From NCBI GenBank assembly GCA_016928695.1, contig JAFGKF010000116.1:1-40795 (forward strand): DNA of 40,795 nucleotides, in the 5' to 3' direction. The notes under the pieces are model-generated. The model did not search any database. It was not told where the DNA came from and saw nothing but the letters and a program-made list of their open reading frames with translations. Positions 10,474 to 18,170 of the stretch are shown in pieces (positions within the stretch are counted from its first letter, which is position 1; the number at the start of each line of letters is the position of its first letter). The position numbers and the translations under genes were made by a program. Source of the stretch: Candidatus Sumerlaeota bacterium. GTDB taxonomy: Bacteria > Sumerlaeota > Sumerlaeia > JABWBI01.

Positions 10474-11316
10474 TCAGCTCAGGGATCGGTGCCAGATGTT
10501 CATGCTCTCGATCCGGCCGCAGATGTCCGTGTTGTTCGTCAGCGTCCCCGAGTGCTCGTAGCCGAGCTTGGCGAAGGTGATGTTCATCCCCGCCGAAAGC
10601 GCCCGGGCGATGGTGCATGCCGTGCGCATGGGCCCCTCGCGCATCGCCGCCTCCATCACCTGGAGCAGCGCCACGGCGAAGCCGCGGCCCCGATGCGAGG
10701 GCAGCGTGGCGAAGTCGGTCATCTCGACGCTGAGCGCCTCGTGATCCATCTCGGCCGAGGCCAGCGCGACAAGGCGACCCTCCTCACGCACTCCAAAATA
10801 GCGGACATGGGTTCGCATCGTCTCGCGCAGATACTCGGGGTCGTGGATGGGGAAGGGGTAGGTCTCGAACACCTCTCGGTAGACCTCCGCCATCGCCTCG
10901 GCGTCGCCGGGTGTCGTCTCGAAGATCTCAGCCCTCTCCAGGGGGGGCGCACTCAGTCCCTGGCCTGCCTTCTCCTTCGCGAGTGCCAGGTTGCGGGCGA
11001 TCTCCTCAGCGTGGCGCTCCTGAGCGCGCTCCGGCGAGAGAAACCGGCCCAGGAAGACGGCGTCGGTCTCGCCCCGATAGTATCGCGGGATGTTGGCCTC
11101 AGGGAGATACTCCCGCGCGATGAAGTCGCCCTCCATCGGCGCGGGCACCTTGGCGAAGATCTTGGTGTAGCCGCGCTCCTTGGCGAGGGCGTCGAGCCGA
11201 TCGATCAGACCCGGGAGATCGTCGGCGTTCGCCTTCATCAGGTAGATCCTCTGATTGCACGGCCCATGCTGGATGACCGAGTGACCGATGGTCTCGATGG
11301 TGTCGAACTCAGGCAC
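10474..11316 (-). CDS. ablB: Beta-lysine N-acetyltransferase
   Basis: GTG at 11316 with AGGAG RBS upstream. HGPCNQRIYLMK, GYTKIFAKV, YREVFETYPFPIHDPEYL, EMTDFATLP, IARALSAGMNITF...GTLTNNTDICGRIESMNIWHR. Directly downstream of lysine 2,3-aminomutase. Confidence 0.92.
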   Translation of the reverse strand: MPEFDTIETIGHSVIQHGPCNQRIYLMKANADDLPGLIDRLDALAKERGYTKIFAKVPAPMEGDFIAREYLPEANIPRYYRGETDAVFLGRFLSPERAQERHAEEIARNLALAKEKAGQGLSAPPLERAEIFETTPGDAEAMAEVYREVFETYPFPIHDPEYLRETMRTHVRYFGVREEGRLVALASAEMDHEALSVEMTDFATLPSHRGRGFAVALLQVMEAAMREGPMRTACTIARALSAGMNITFAKLGYEHSGTLTNNTDICGRIESMNIWHRSLS

Positions 11317-11394
11317 GGGCGGTCTCCTCGGGCGCGGGGGAGGTGAGTGTGGGAGGGTCCATGGGGTTGCCGAAGATGACATGGTCGATCCTGC

Positions 11395-12717
11395 TCACGG
11401 GCCGCTTCTCTCCTCCCCCTCGAAGGGCCGCTCCATGCCCTCGGGCGTCAGCGAGGTGGTCTCGTCATAGTCGGCGAGGAGCTTCTCGATGCCGATCGCG
11501 CGGTACTCCTCCGCCCCCTCCAGCCTCAGCTGCAGGTTGCACTCCTCGCAGTTGCGGTCGCAGAACACCGGCTCATACGAGTCGGGCTCGCGGTAGGTCG
11601 TGATCACCCCCTGGTAGTTGCGGAGCACCACCCGGTGGGTGGACCACGAGATCAGGTAGTTGGGCATGATGGGGATCTTGCCGCCGCCGCCGGGGGCATC
11701 GATCACGTAGCGCGGCACAGCGAACCCGCTGGTGTGGCCCAGGAGGCTCTCGATGATCTCGATGCCCTTGCCCACCGGCGTGCGGAAATGGGCCAGCCCC
11801 TCGGTCAGATCGCACTGATACAGGTAGTAGGGCCGCACGCGGCTCTTCACCAGCTCGTGGACCAGCTTGCGAATGATCCGCGGGCAGTCGTTGACCCCGG
11901 CCAGCAGCACCGTCTGATTGCCCAGCGGCAGGCCCGCGTCGGCCATGCGGCGCAGCGCCTGGCGTGAGGAGGAGGTGATCTCCCGCGGGTGGTTGAACTG
12001 GGTGTTGACCCACAGGGGATTGTGGCGCCGCAGCATCGCCACAAGGTCATCGGTGATCCGCTGGGGCAGGACGACGGGCATGCGTGTGCCGATGCGGATG
12101 ACCTCGACGTGCTCGATGGCCCGCAGCTCCGTCAAGAGCCAGTCCAGCAGATCGTCGGAGAGCATCAGGGGATCGCCGCCGGACAGCAGCACATCGCGCA
12201 CCTGGGGTGTCTCGCGGATGTAGTCGATGCCCAGCTTCAGAGTCTCGCGATCCGGGATGTGATCGACGTCGCCCACGCGCCGCTTGCGGGTGCAGTGGCG
12301 GCAATACATCGCGCACACGTTGCTGACGAGAAAGAGGACGCGGTCGGGATAGCGGTGCGTGATCCCCGGCACGGGGCAGTCGCGGTCCTCGGCCAGGGGA
12401 TCGCGCAGGTCGCAGCGGTGGAGCATCAGCTCGGAGGGAGAGGGGATCGCCTGCTGAAAGATCGGGTCGTTCTTCAGATCGTCGGTGCTGATCAGCGAGA
12501 GGTAATACGGGGTGACAGAGATGGGGAATTTCTCGATCACTTCCTCGAGTCGCCCCCGATCCTCATCGCTGAGGGTGACGCCGAGCAGTCTCTCGAAGGT
12601 CGCGATGTCGCGGATGCAGTGGCGCACCTGCCAGCGCCAGTCGCGCCATTTGCCGAGACCCTCCCCCGCGCCGATCAGCTTCGCCACTTCGCGCTGACGG
12701 CCAGACATGGTGGGCAT
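11395..12717 (-). CDS. ablA: Lysine 2,3-aminomutase (radical SAM, KamA family)
   Basis: [17 protein letters not shown] (CxxxCxxC), [18 protein letters not shown] (PLP lysine), C-terminal Cys cluster; paired with ablB. Confidence 0.95.
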   Translation of the reverse strand: MPTMSGRQREVAKLIGAGEGLGKWRDWRWQVRHCIRDIATFERLLGVTLSDEDRGRLEEVIEKFPISVTPYYLSLISTDDLKNDPIFQQAIPSPSELMLHRCDLRDPLAEDRDCPVPGITHRYPDRVLFLVSNVCAMYCRHCTRKRRVGDVDHIPDRETLKLGIDYIRETPQVRDVLLSGGDPLMLSDDLLDWLLTELRAIEHVEVIRIGTRMPVVLPQRITDDLVAMLRRHNPLWVNTQFNHPREITSSSRQALRRMADAGLPLGNQTVLLAGVNDCPRIIRKLVHELVKSRVRPYYLYQCDLTEGLAHFRTPVGKGIEIIESLLGHTSGFAVPRYVIDAPGGGGKIPIMPNYLISWSTHRVVLRNYQGVITTYREPDSYEPVFCDRNCEECNLQLRLEGAEEYRAIGIEKLLADYDETTSLTPEGMERPFEGEERSGP

Positions 12718-12738
12718 AGTCGGTGACTCCCATCTCGT

Positions 12739-12811
12739 GTCGCGCCAGTGATCAATGACAGATTGAGCCCAGGCGGCTCTCCGACAGCGGCATCAGAGAG
12801 GACGGCGCGAC
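12739..12811 (-). promoter_or_regulatory. Candidate structured 5' leader (three-way junction) of ablA
   Basis: Outer stem GTCGCGCC/GGCGCGAC; inner stem CTCTCTGAT/GTCGGAGAG with G-U pairs valid only on the minus strand; third stem TCAAT/ATTGA. Lies just before the GGGAG RBS. Confidence 0.4.
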
Positions 12812-12841
12812 CGCGATCAGACTTTTTTGGATTCAGCGACC

Positions 12842-12870
12842 AGCCTGACGGCTGGGGATTCGATGGTCAA
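12842..12870 (-). promoter_or_regulatory. Possible sigma70-type promoter for ablAB
   Basis: Minus strand TTGACC-17 nt-CAGGCT; the -10 is a weak match. Confidence 0.3.
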
Positions 12871-12902
12871 GGGGAGTCTGGGTGATCGGTGAGGAAAAAG
12901 TC

Positions 12903-12947
12903 ATGGGTCGCATGGGTTATAGGTCCTATAGGACCCATACGACCTAT
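12903..12947. repeat. Imperfect palindrome with ~9-nt periodicity (REP-like)
   Basis: ATGGGTCGC ATGGGTT ATAGGTCCT ATAGGACCC ATACGACCT AT; contains the perfect palindrome GTCCTATAGGAC. Confidence 0.65.
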
Positions 12948-12949
12948 CG

Positions 12950-12979
12950 ATGGTGCCGGAATTCCCATTCCGGCACCAT
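12950..12979 (-). terminator. Perfect 13-bp hairpin just after the deacetylase stop (terminator or stabiliser)
   Basis: ATGGTGCCGGAAT-TCCC-ATTCCGGCACCAT; no adjacent U tract. Confidence 0.5.
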
Positions 12980-12983
12980 GTCC

Positions 12984-13784
12984 TCACTCCCCCAGCGGCA
13001 GCATCTCGTCGATGCGGACGAAGGTGTATCCCCGCGCTCTGAGCTCCTCGATGAGCGGCTCGAGCAGCAGGTGCATCTTGTCCTCCCGCAGCGACCCGAG
13101 GTGCATGAGCATCAGGGCGCCATTGAGACCATGGGGATCGGTCTCCTCGAACGTCAGGATGTCCTCCATGATCTGCTGCGAGGGGCGGAAGGCCGCGTGC
13201 CCCTCGGGCGCCCAGTCGCGGTGCGACCCGATGCCCGGCGTGAAATTGAAGAGCAGGATCCCCATGTCACGCGCCCAGACCACCTGGTCCTCGTTGAACC
13301 ACTCGAAGGGCGGAATGAAGTGGATCGGGCCGTCGCCCTGCAGCGCGCCGAATCCCCGCAGCGTCTCGATGTTCGCCTCGAGGTCGTGCCTGAACTCCTC
13401 CTCGGTCACGAGCGATGTCTCACGGTCCTCCCACGGCGCGTAGAGCAGGTGGGCGTCCGAGTGCGGGCCGAGATAATGCCCCTCGTCGACCATGCGGCGG
13501 AGCTGGTGGTGGAAGGCGGGCATGGCGGTGTAGTCGCCGGTGACGAACATCGACGCCCTCACGCCCTGCCGTGCGAGCACGTCGAGGATGTGATCCGCGC
13601 CGTCGCCATAGGAGCCGCCGGTGAAGATCAGCGCGATCCTCTTCTCGCTCACGTCTCCCCGCACCACGCCGCCGTGGTCCAGCGTCCAGGCGGGATCGAG
13701 CTGCTCCGGGATCGTTGGTGGGGCGGTGATGCAGGCGATGAGAAGCAGAGGGGCGATTGCGATGATCAGGGCGCGGTGCGACAT
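12984..13784 (-). CDS. Polysaccharide deacetylase (NodB/CE4) family lipoprotein
   Basis: Lipobox LLIAC. IALIFTGG, ASMFVTG, GHYLGPHSDAH (HxxxH), FIPPFEW, LNGALMLMHLG. Confidence 0.85.
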   Translation of the reverse strand: MSHRALIIAIAPLLLIACITAPPTIPEQLDPAWTLDHGGVVRGDVSEKRIALIFTGGSYGDGADHILDVLARQGVRASMFVTGDYTAMPAFHHQLRRMVDEGHYLGPHSDAHLLYAPWEDRETSLVTEEEFRHDLEANIETLRGFGALQGDGPIHFIPPFEWFNEDQVVWARDMGILLFNFTPGIGSHRDWAPEGHAAFRPSQQIMEDILTFEETDPHGLNGALMLMHLGSLREDKMHLLLEPLIEELRARGYTFVRIDEMLPLGE

Positions 13785-13819
13785 GGCAGAGCTCTCCTGT
13801 GATCAGACTGAGGGGATTG

Positions 13820-13882
13820 AACCACAGTGGGCGCGGAGTGCACGGAGTTTTTTCCTCTGTGCCCTCTGTGAACTCTGTGGCT
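13820..13882. repeat. 9-nt-period CACAGAG/CTCTGTG palindromic intergenic repeat
   Basis: ACCACAGTGGGCGCGGAGTGCACGGAG-TTTTTTC-CTCTGTGCCCTCTGTGAACTCTGTGG; three CTCTGTG units spaced 9 nt apart. Confidence 0.7.
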
Positions 13883-13886
13883 TGAG

Positions 13887-14606
13887 TCAGAGTGATTTCC
13901 GACGGCGAATTCGCCATTCCTCGTTGAGATAGCGGAGAGAGCGGAGACTCATGGCGTGTTCTTCGAGTGACGAGAGAAGTTCCTCTCGCTTCACTGGGGA
14001 CCGAAAGCACTGTCCAATGGCAGCTTCGAGCGCGGGCACGGCGTGCCGTGCCCCTACAGAGGAGGTCTCTTCGGAAGGGGCCCGGTCGAGCATCAGCGCC
14101 GCCTGGACGAGGAGGCGGCCGCGGCGGAAGCGCTGGCCGATGCCGGCGACCTTCGCGTCGCCGTGGAGAACGTCGCCCGCGTAGAGACGATCCGCGCACA
14201 GCGGGGCCGACTGCGTCGCGGAATCCCCAGAGTCGATCACGCGTGTCTCGAGACCGAGCCGCTCCCACACCGAGACGAGAAACCTCCCCAATGCGCAGGC
14301 GATGGGACCGGGCCGCTTCGCCTCGCCGAGATCGTGTGCGATCAGCGAGAAGGAGATTGTCCGGCCGTGGTGGTGAATCGCCCCGCCGCCGGTCAGGCGC
14401 CGCGTCCAGGGGAGATCGCCGAACTGAGAGGAGCGGATCTGCTGAGCGGGTTGCGCGAAGCCGAGGGTGACGCACTCCTCGTCGAAATCGTGAAGGCAGA
14501 GAGTCGGCGGATCCCCGGGGGCGATCGACTCCCACAGCGTCTCGTCGACCGCCATGTTCCAGGCGACGTCGCCGGAGGGGGTGTGGATCAAACGCCAGGG
14601 TCTCAT
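13887..14606 (-). CDS. Lipoate-protein ligase / octanoyltransferase (LplA/LipM family, catalytic domain only)
   Basis: Start MRPWRLI at 14606. WNMAVDE, VTLGFAQ, RRLTGGGAIHH, KVAGIGQR; follows gcvPB. Confidence 0.85.
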   Translation of the reverse strand: MRPWRLIHTPSGDVAWNMAVDETLWESIAPGDPPTLCLHDFDEECVTLGFAQPAQQIRSSQFGDLPWTRRLTGGGAIHHHGRTISFSLIAHDLGEAKRPGPIACALGRFLVSVWERLGLETRVIDSGDSATQSAPLCADRLYAGDVLHGDAKVAGIGQRFRRGRLLVQAALMLDRAPSEETSSVGARHAVPALEAAIGQCFRSPVKREELLSSLEEHAMSLRSLRYLNEEWRIRRRKSL

Positions 14607-14634
14607 GGGAGACCTTGCAGGGACTCGCCGTCCG

Positions 14635-16113
14635 TCACTCGGACTCGGGCGGCAGCCAGCACAGGCACGGCACCCGGGCCGCCGTCGCCTCGTCCACCCG
14701 GGTGACGGGCGCGCGCTGGGGGGCGGAGGTGATCGAGTCGGGGTCGGTCGTCGCCCGCTCGCACAGCGCACGGAGCGTGTCGGCGAAGGCGTCGAGCGTC
14801 TCGCGGCTCTCGCTCTCGGTCGGCTCGATCATCAGCGCCTCGTCGACGACCAGCGGGAAATAGATCGTCGGCGGATGGAAGCCCTCGTCGATCAGCGCCT
14901 TCGCGAGGTCGAGCGTCTTGACGCCGTGCGCCCTCAGCGGCTTGCCCGATGCCACGAACTCGTGCATGCACGGCTTGCCGTGCGGAATGGGGAGAAACTC
15001 CGCGACCTTCGCGCGGAGGTAGTTCGCGTTGAGGACAGCCATCTGCGCCACGCGCCGCAGCCCCTCGCCCCCGAGCGAGCGGATATAGGCCCACGCGCGG
15101 ACGGCGACGGCGACGTTTCCGTGCCAGCCGTGGATCTTGCCGATCGAGTGGGGACGGTCGTGGTCGAAGACGATCTCGCCGCCGCGCTCGGCGATGACGG
15201 GCTTCGGCAGATACGGCTCCAGGTGGCCCTTGACGCACACCGGCCCCGCGCCGGGGCCGCCGCCGCCGTGGGGCGTCGAGAACGTCTTGTGCAGATTGAT
15301 GTGCATCACGTCCGCGCCCCAGTCGCCGGGCCGCGTCACGCCGACGACGGCGTTGAAGTTCGCGCCGTCGAGATACACCTGACCGCCCGCGCCGTGAACG
15401 ATCCGGCAGATCTCCTCAATGTTCTTCTCGAACAGCCCGAGGGTGTTCGGATTCGTGATCATCAGCGCCGCGGTGTCGGGGCCCACGAGCCCGCGCAGCG
15501 AGTCGAGGTCGACGAGCCCGTCGTCGCCCGACTTGACCGCCTTGACTCTGAAGCCGCATCGCGCGGCGCTGGCGGGGTTGGTGCCGTGCGCCGTGTCGGG
15601 GATGAGGACGGTGCGGCGCTCGGTCTCGCCGCGCTCGCAGAGCATCTTCTGAATCATCATCAGCGCGGTCAGCTCGCCGTGCGCGCCCGCGGCGGGCTGG
15701 AGCGTCACCGCGTCGAATCCCGCCAGCGCGGCGAGCCACTGGGAGAGATCGTGGAGCACGCGCAGCAGCGCGCAGTCCCGCGCGTCGTCCATCGCGGCGG
15801 GATGGAGCGCGGTGAACGCGGGCCAGGTCGCCATCGTCTCGTTGATCCACGGGTTGAGCTTCATCGTGCACGAGCCGAGCGGATAGAAGGTCGTGTCGAT
15901 GCCCATGTTGCGCGCGGCGAGCGTGTTGAAGTGCCGCACCATGTCGAGCTGGCTCACCTCGGGCAGAGCCGGGGGCTCCGCGCGCCGCATGCTCTCGGGG
16001 ATGGCGTCGAGCGCCCGCGAGGTGTCGAACTGAGGCGCGGGGGGAAGCCACGCGCGGCGTCCGGGCACCGAGCGCTCGAAGATGGAGGGGGCGGTGGACT
16101 TGATCTGGCTCAC
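14635..16113 (-). CDS. gcvPB: Glycine dehydrogenase (decarboxylating) subunit 2
   Basis: FYPLGSCTMKLNP, QPAAGAHGE, AHGTNPASA, TNPNTLGLFE, HINLHKTFSTPHGGGGPG (PLP Lys), MIEPTESES. Confidence 0.97.
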   Translation of the reverse strand: MSQIKSTAPSIFERSVPGRRAWLPPAPQFDTSRALDAIPESMRRAEPPALPEVSQLDMVRHFNTLAARNMGIDTTFYPLGSCTMKLNPWINETMATWPAFTALHPAAMDDARDCALLRVLHDLSQWLAALAGFDAVTLQPAAGAHGELTALMMIQKMLCERGETERRTVLIPDTAHGTNPASAARCGFRVKAVKSGDDGLVDLDSLRGLVGPDTAALMITNPNTLGLFEKNIEEICRIVHGAGGQVYLDGANFNAVVGVTRPGDWGADVMHINLHKTFSTPHGGGGPGAGPVCVKGHLEPYLPKPVIAERGGEIVFDHDRPHSIGKIHGWHGNVAVAVRAWAYIRSLGGEGLRRVAQMAVLNANYLRAKVAEFLPIPHGKPCMHEFVASGKPLRAHGVKTLDLAKALIDEGFHPPTIYFPLVVDEALMIEPTESESRETLDAFADTLRALCERATTDPDSITSAPQRAPVTRVDEATAARVPCLCWLPPESE

Positions 16114-17432
16114 TGGACCGCCTCCTTCCAGGCTTTGACCTGTTCGGCGGTGGTCAGCTCACTCGCGGTGACGAGGAAATGGCTGGTCAAGTCAGGGTAC
16201 CATCGCTCCAGCGGCAGGCCGAGGTGGGGCGATTGGCCCGTCACCACGAAGCTCTGCGCGCTCGGGGTGTCGAACGCGATCTCGACGCCCGGCATCTCAT
16301 TCGCCGCGGCCCGGGCCGCCTGCGCGGCGGCGAGCGTGGCGAGCCCGATCTCGCGCAGCCCCTGGGGACCGAGGCAGATCAGATGGATCGCGGCCCGCAG
16401 GGCATGGAGGCCCTGATTCGTGCAGATGTTGGAGGTCGCCTTCTCGCGCCGGATGTGTTGCTCGCGCGTCTGGAGCGTCAGCGTGTGGGCACGCCTCCCC
16501 TCGGAGTCCTTTGTGGTCCCCACCAGCCGGCCGGGCACCTTGCGGATGAAGTCCTTTCGGCAGGCGAAGAGACCCAGCGTGTCGCCGCCCGCGAACGGCG
16601 TCAGCCCCAGCGAGCAGCCGTCGGCCACGACGACGTCGGCGCCCATCGCACCGGGGGACTCGATGATGCCGAGCACCGACGGCTCGGTCATCGCCACGAG
16701 GAGTGCGCCGCCCCCGTGCGCGAGCTCGGCGACCGGCCGCAGATCCTCGAGCCCACCGAAGAAGTTGGGGTGCGCCATCACCAGCGCGCAGGTGCGCTCA
16801 TCGATCGCATCGCGGACGCGATCGATGTCCGAGGTGCCTCCGCGCTGAGGGATTGTCACCATCTCCCACCCCGCCGCATCGAAGTAGCTCTGCATCACCG
16901 CGCGGGCGTGGGGAGCGACGGTCTCGCTGACCACCGCTCGCTCGCGTCGGTTTTTCCCGCGGCTCGTGATCTCGCCCGCCATGAAGGCGGCCTCGGCCAG
17001 CCCGGTGGCGCCGTCGTAGAGCGAGGCGTTGGCGATCTCGCAGCCGAGCAGCGCCGCGATCATGGTCTGAAACTCATGGAACGCCTGGAGGATCCCCTGA
17101 CTCGCCTCCGCCTGATACGGCGTGTACGCGGTCAGGAACGGCGGCAGTGTGGCGAGCCGATGCACGAGCGCGCTCGACGCGTGCGGCTCCCATCCGCCCC
17201 CGAGGGGAAACGCGGCGCGCGCACGTGGGTCGGAGGGATGCTCGTCGGTGAGGCGTTGGAGCTCGGTGACGAGATCCGTCTCGCTCAGTGCGGGGGGAAG
17301 AGCGGGCGCCTCCCTCAGGAGAAGATGTTCGGGGACGTCGCGGTAGAGCTCATCGATGGATGCGCATCCAATGGCGGTGAGCATCGACTCGACCTGCTCG
17401 GGTGTCTGTGGAAGGAAAGGGTGTGTGTTCAA
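16110..17432 (-). CDS. gcvPA: Glycine dehydrogenase (decarboxylating) subunit 1
   Basis: Probable TTG start at 17432 with GGAG RBS. FLTAYTPYQAEASQGILQAFHEFQT, NASLYDGATG, LTLQTREQHIRREKATSNICTNQ. Confidence 0.95.
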   Translation of the reverse strand: MNTHPFLPQTPEQVESMLTAIGCASIDELYRDVPEHLLLREAPALPPALSETDLVTELQRLTDEHPSDPRARAAFPLGGGWEPHASSALVHRLATLPPFLTAYTPYQAEASQGILQAFHEFQTMIAALLGCEIANASLYDGATGLAEAAFMAGEITSRGKNRRERAVVSETVAPHARAVMQSYFDAAGWEMVTIPQRGGTSDIDRVRDAIDERTCALVMAHPNFFGGLEDLRPVAELAHGGGALLVAMTEPSVLGIIESPGAMGADVVVADGCSLGLTPFAGGDTLGLFACRKDFIRKVPGRLVGTTKDSEGRRAHTLTLQTREQHIRREKATSNICTNQGLHALRAAIHLICLGPQGLREIGLATLAAAQAARAAANEMPGVEIAFDTPSAQSFVVTGQSPHLGLPLERWYPDLTSHFLVTASELTTAEQVKAWKEAVQ

Positions 17433-17735
17433 TTCTCGCTCCAGGTCACAGATCGCCTGGGCTTTTCGCACAGCGCTGAGGCCGGTGCAAGGGCTGTGAT
17501 AAGCGGACTGCAAAAGCCTCATTTGGCGGGGGAAGCTGTGGGCTGAAGCGGGAAAAGCCTCTTGAAAAGCGGCTCAAAGGGCAGAAATCGTCCATTTCCA
17601 GCGAAAACGTGCGTTTTTCGCTTGCATTCACCTGGGGGCTCAGCTCAGGTCGGATGAAGGAAAGGCGCTCCCAGAGCGGCTGAAACGCCCCTCGCGACAT
17701 CCGAGCGCCCACCAGACACGGAGGACTTTCCGACC

Positions 17736-18023
17736 ATGGCAGCTGCCAAACCAATGACCAAAGCCCAGCTGACGGCGAAGATCGCCGACGCTGCGGAGAT
17801 CACGAAGAAGCAGGCAGGGGTGATTCTCGAGACCCTCGCTGCGACCGCCTACAAAGAGGCCAAGAAGGGCTTCACCATTCCCGGCATCGGCAAGCTGGTG
17901 CTGGTCAAGCGCAAAGCCCGCATGGGCCGCAACCCCCAGACGGGCGAGCCGATCAAGATCCCGGCCAAGACCGTCCTGAAGTTCCGCATCGCGAAGGCGG
18001 CCAAGGACGCCATCGGCAAGTGA
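17736..18023 (+). CDS. hup: HU family DNA-binding protein
   Basis: MTKAQL...GFTIPGIGK...RKARMGRNPQTGEPIKIPAK; GGAGG RBS. Confidence 0.96.
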   Translation: MAAAKPMTKAQLTAKIADAAEITKKQAGVILETLAATAYKEAKKGFTIPGIGKLVLVKRKARMGRNPQTGEPIKIPAKTVLKFRIAKAAKDAIGK

Positions 18024-18051
18024 CGACTGCCGCGACCTGAGGGTCGATCTC

Positions 18052-18087
18052 GGGGCCGGATCCCCTCAGGGGGTCCGGCCCCTCTTC
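18052..18087 (+). terminator. Intrinsic terminator after hup
   Basis: GGGGCCGGATCCCC-TCA-GGGGGTCCGGCCCC followed by TCTTC. Confidence 0.7.
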
Positions 18088-18170
18088 GTCATTGATGGGG
18101 GGATCCGATCACTGATTGACTGGGGGTGGGGTCAGATCAACCGATCGGCCTCTGCCCGGGTCCCTCACCC

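Noticed and set aside
11395-12717. EF-P modification enzyme EpmB or lysine-fermentation KamA
   Set aside because: Length, C-terminal Cys cluster and adjacency to ablB, with no efp/epmA or kamDE nearby, favour AblA.
12829-12840. GCTGAATCC (minus strand) like the 5' end of a c-di-AMP (ydaO) riboswitch
   Set aside because: The remaining conserved elements (second GAAUC, CCCG.CAGCUAAC) are absent.
17433-17735. Glycine riboswitch upstream of gcvPA
   Set aside because: No GGAGA...CCGAAG...CUCUCAGG pattern on the minus strand.
17446-17754. 102-aa minus-strand ORF in the gcvPA-hup intergenic region
   Set aside because: Overlaps the hup start and promoter region, has atypical composition and no motif.
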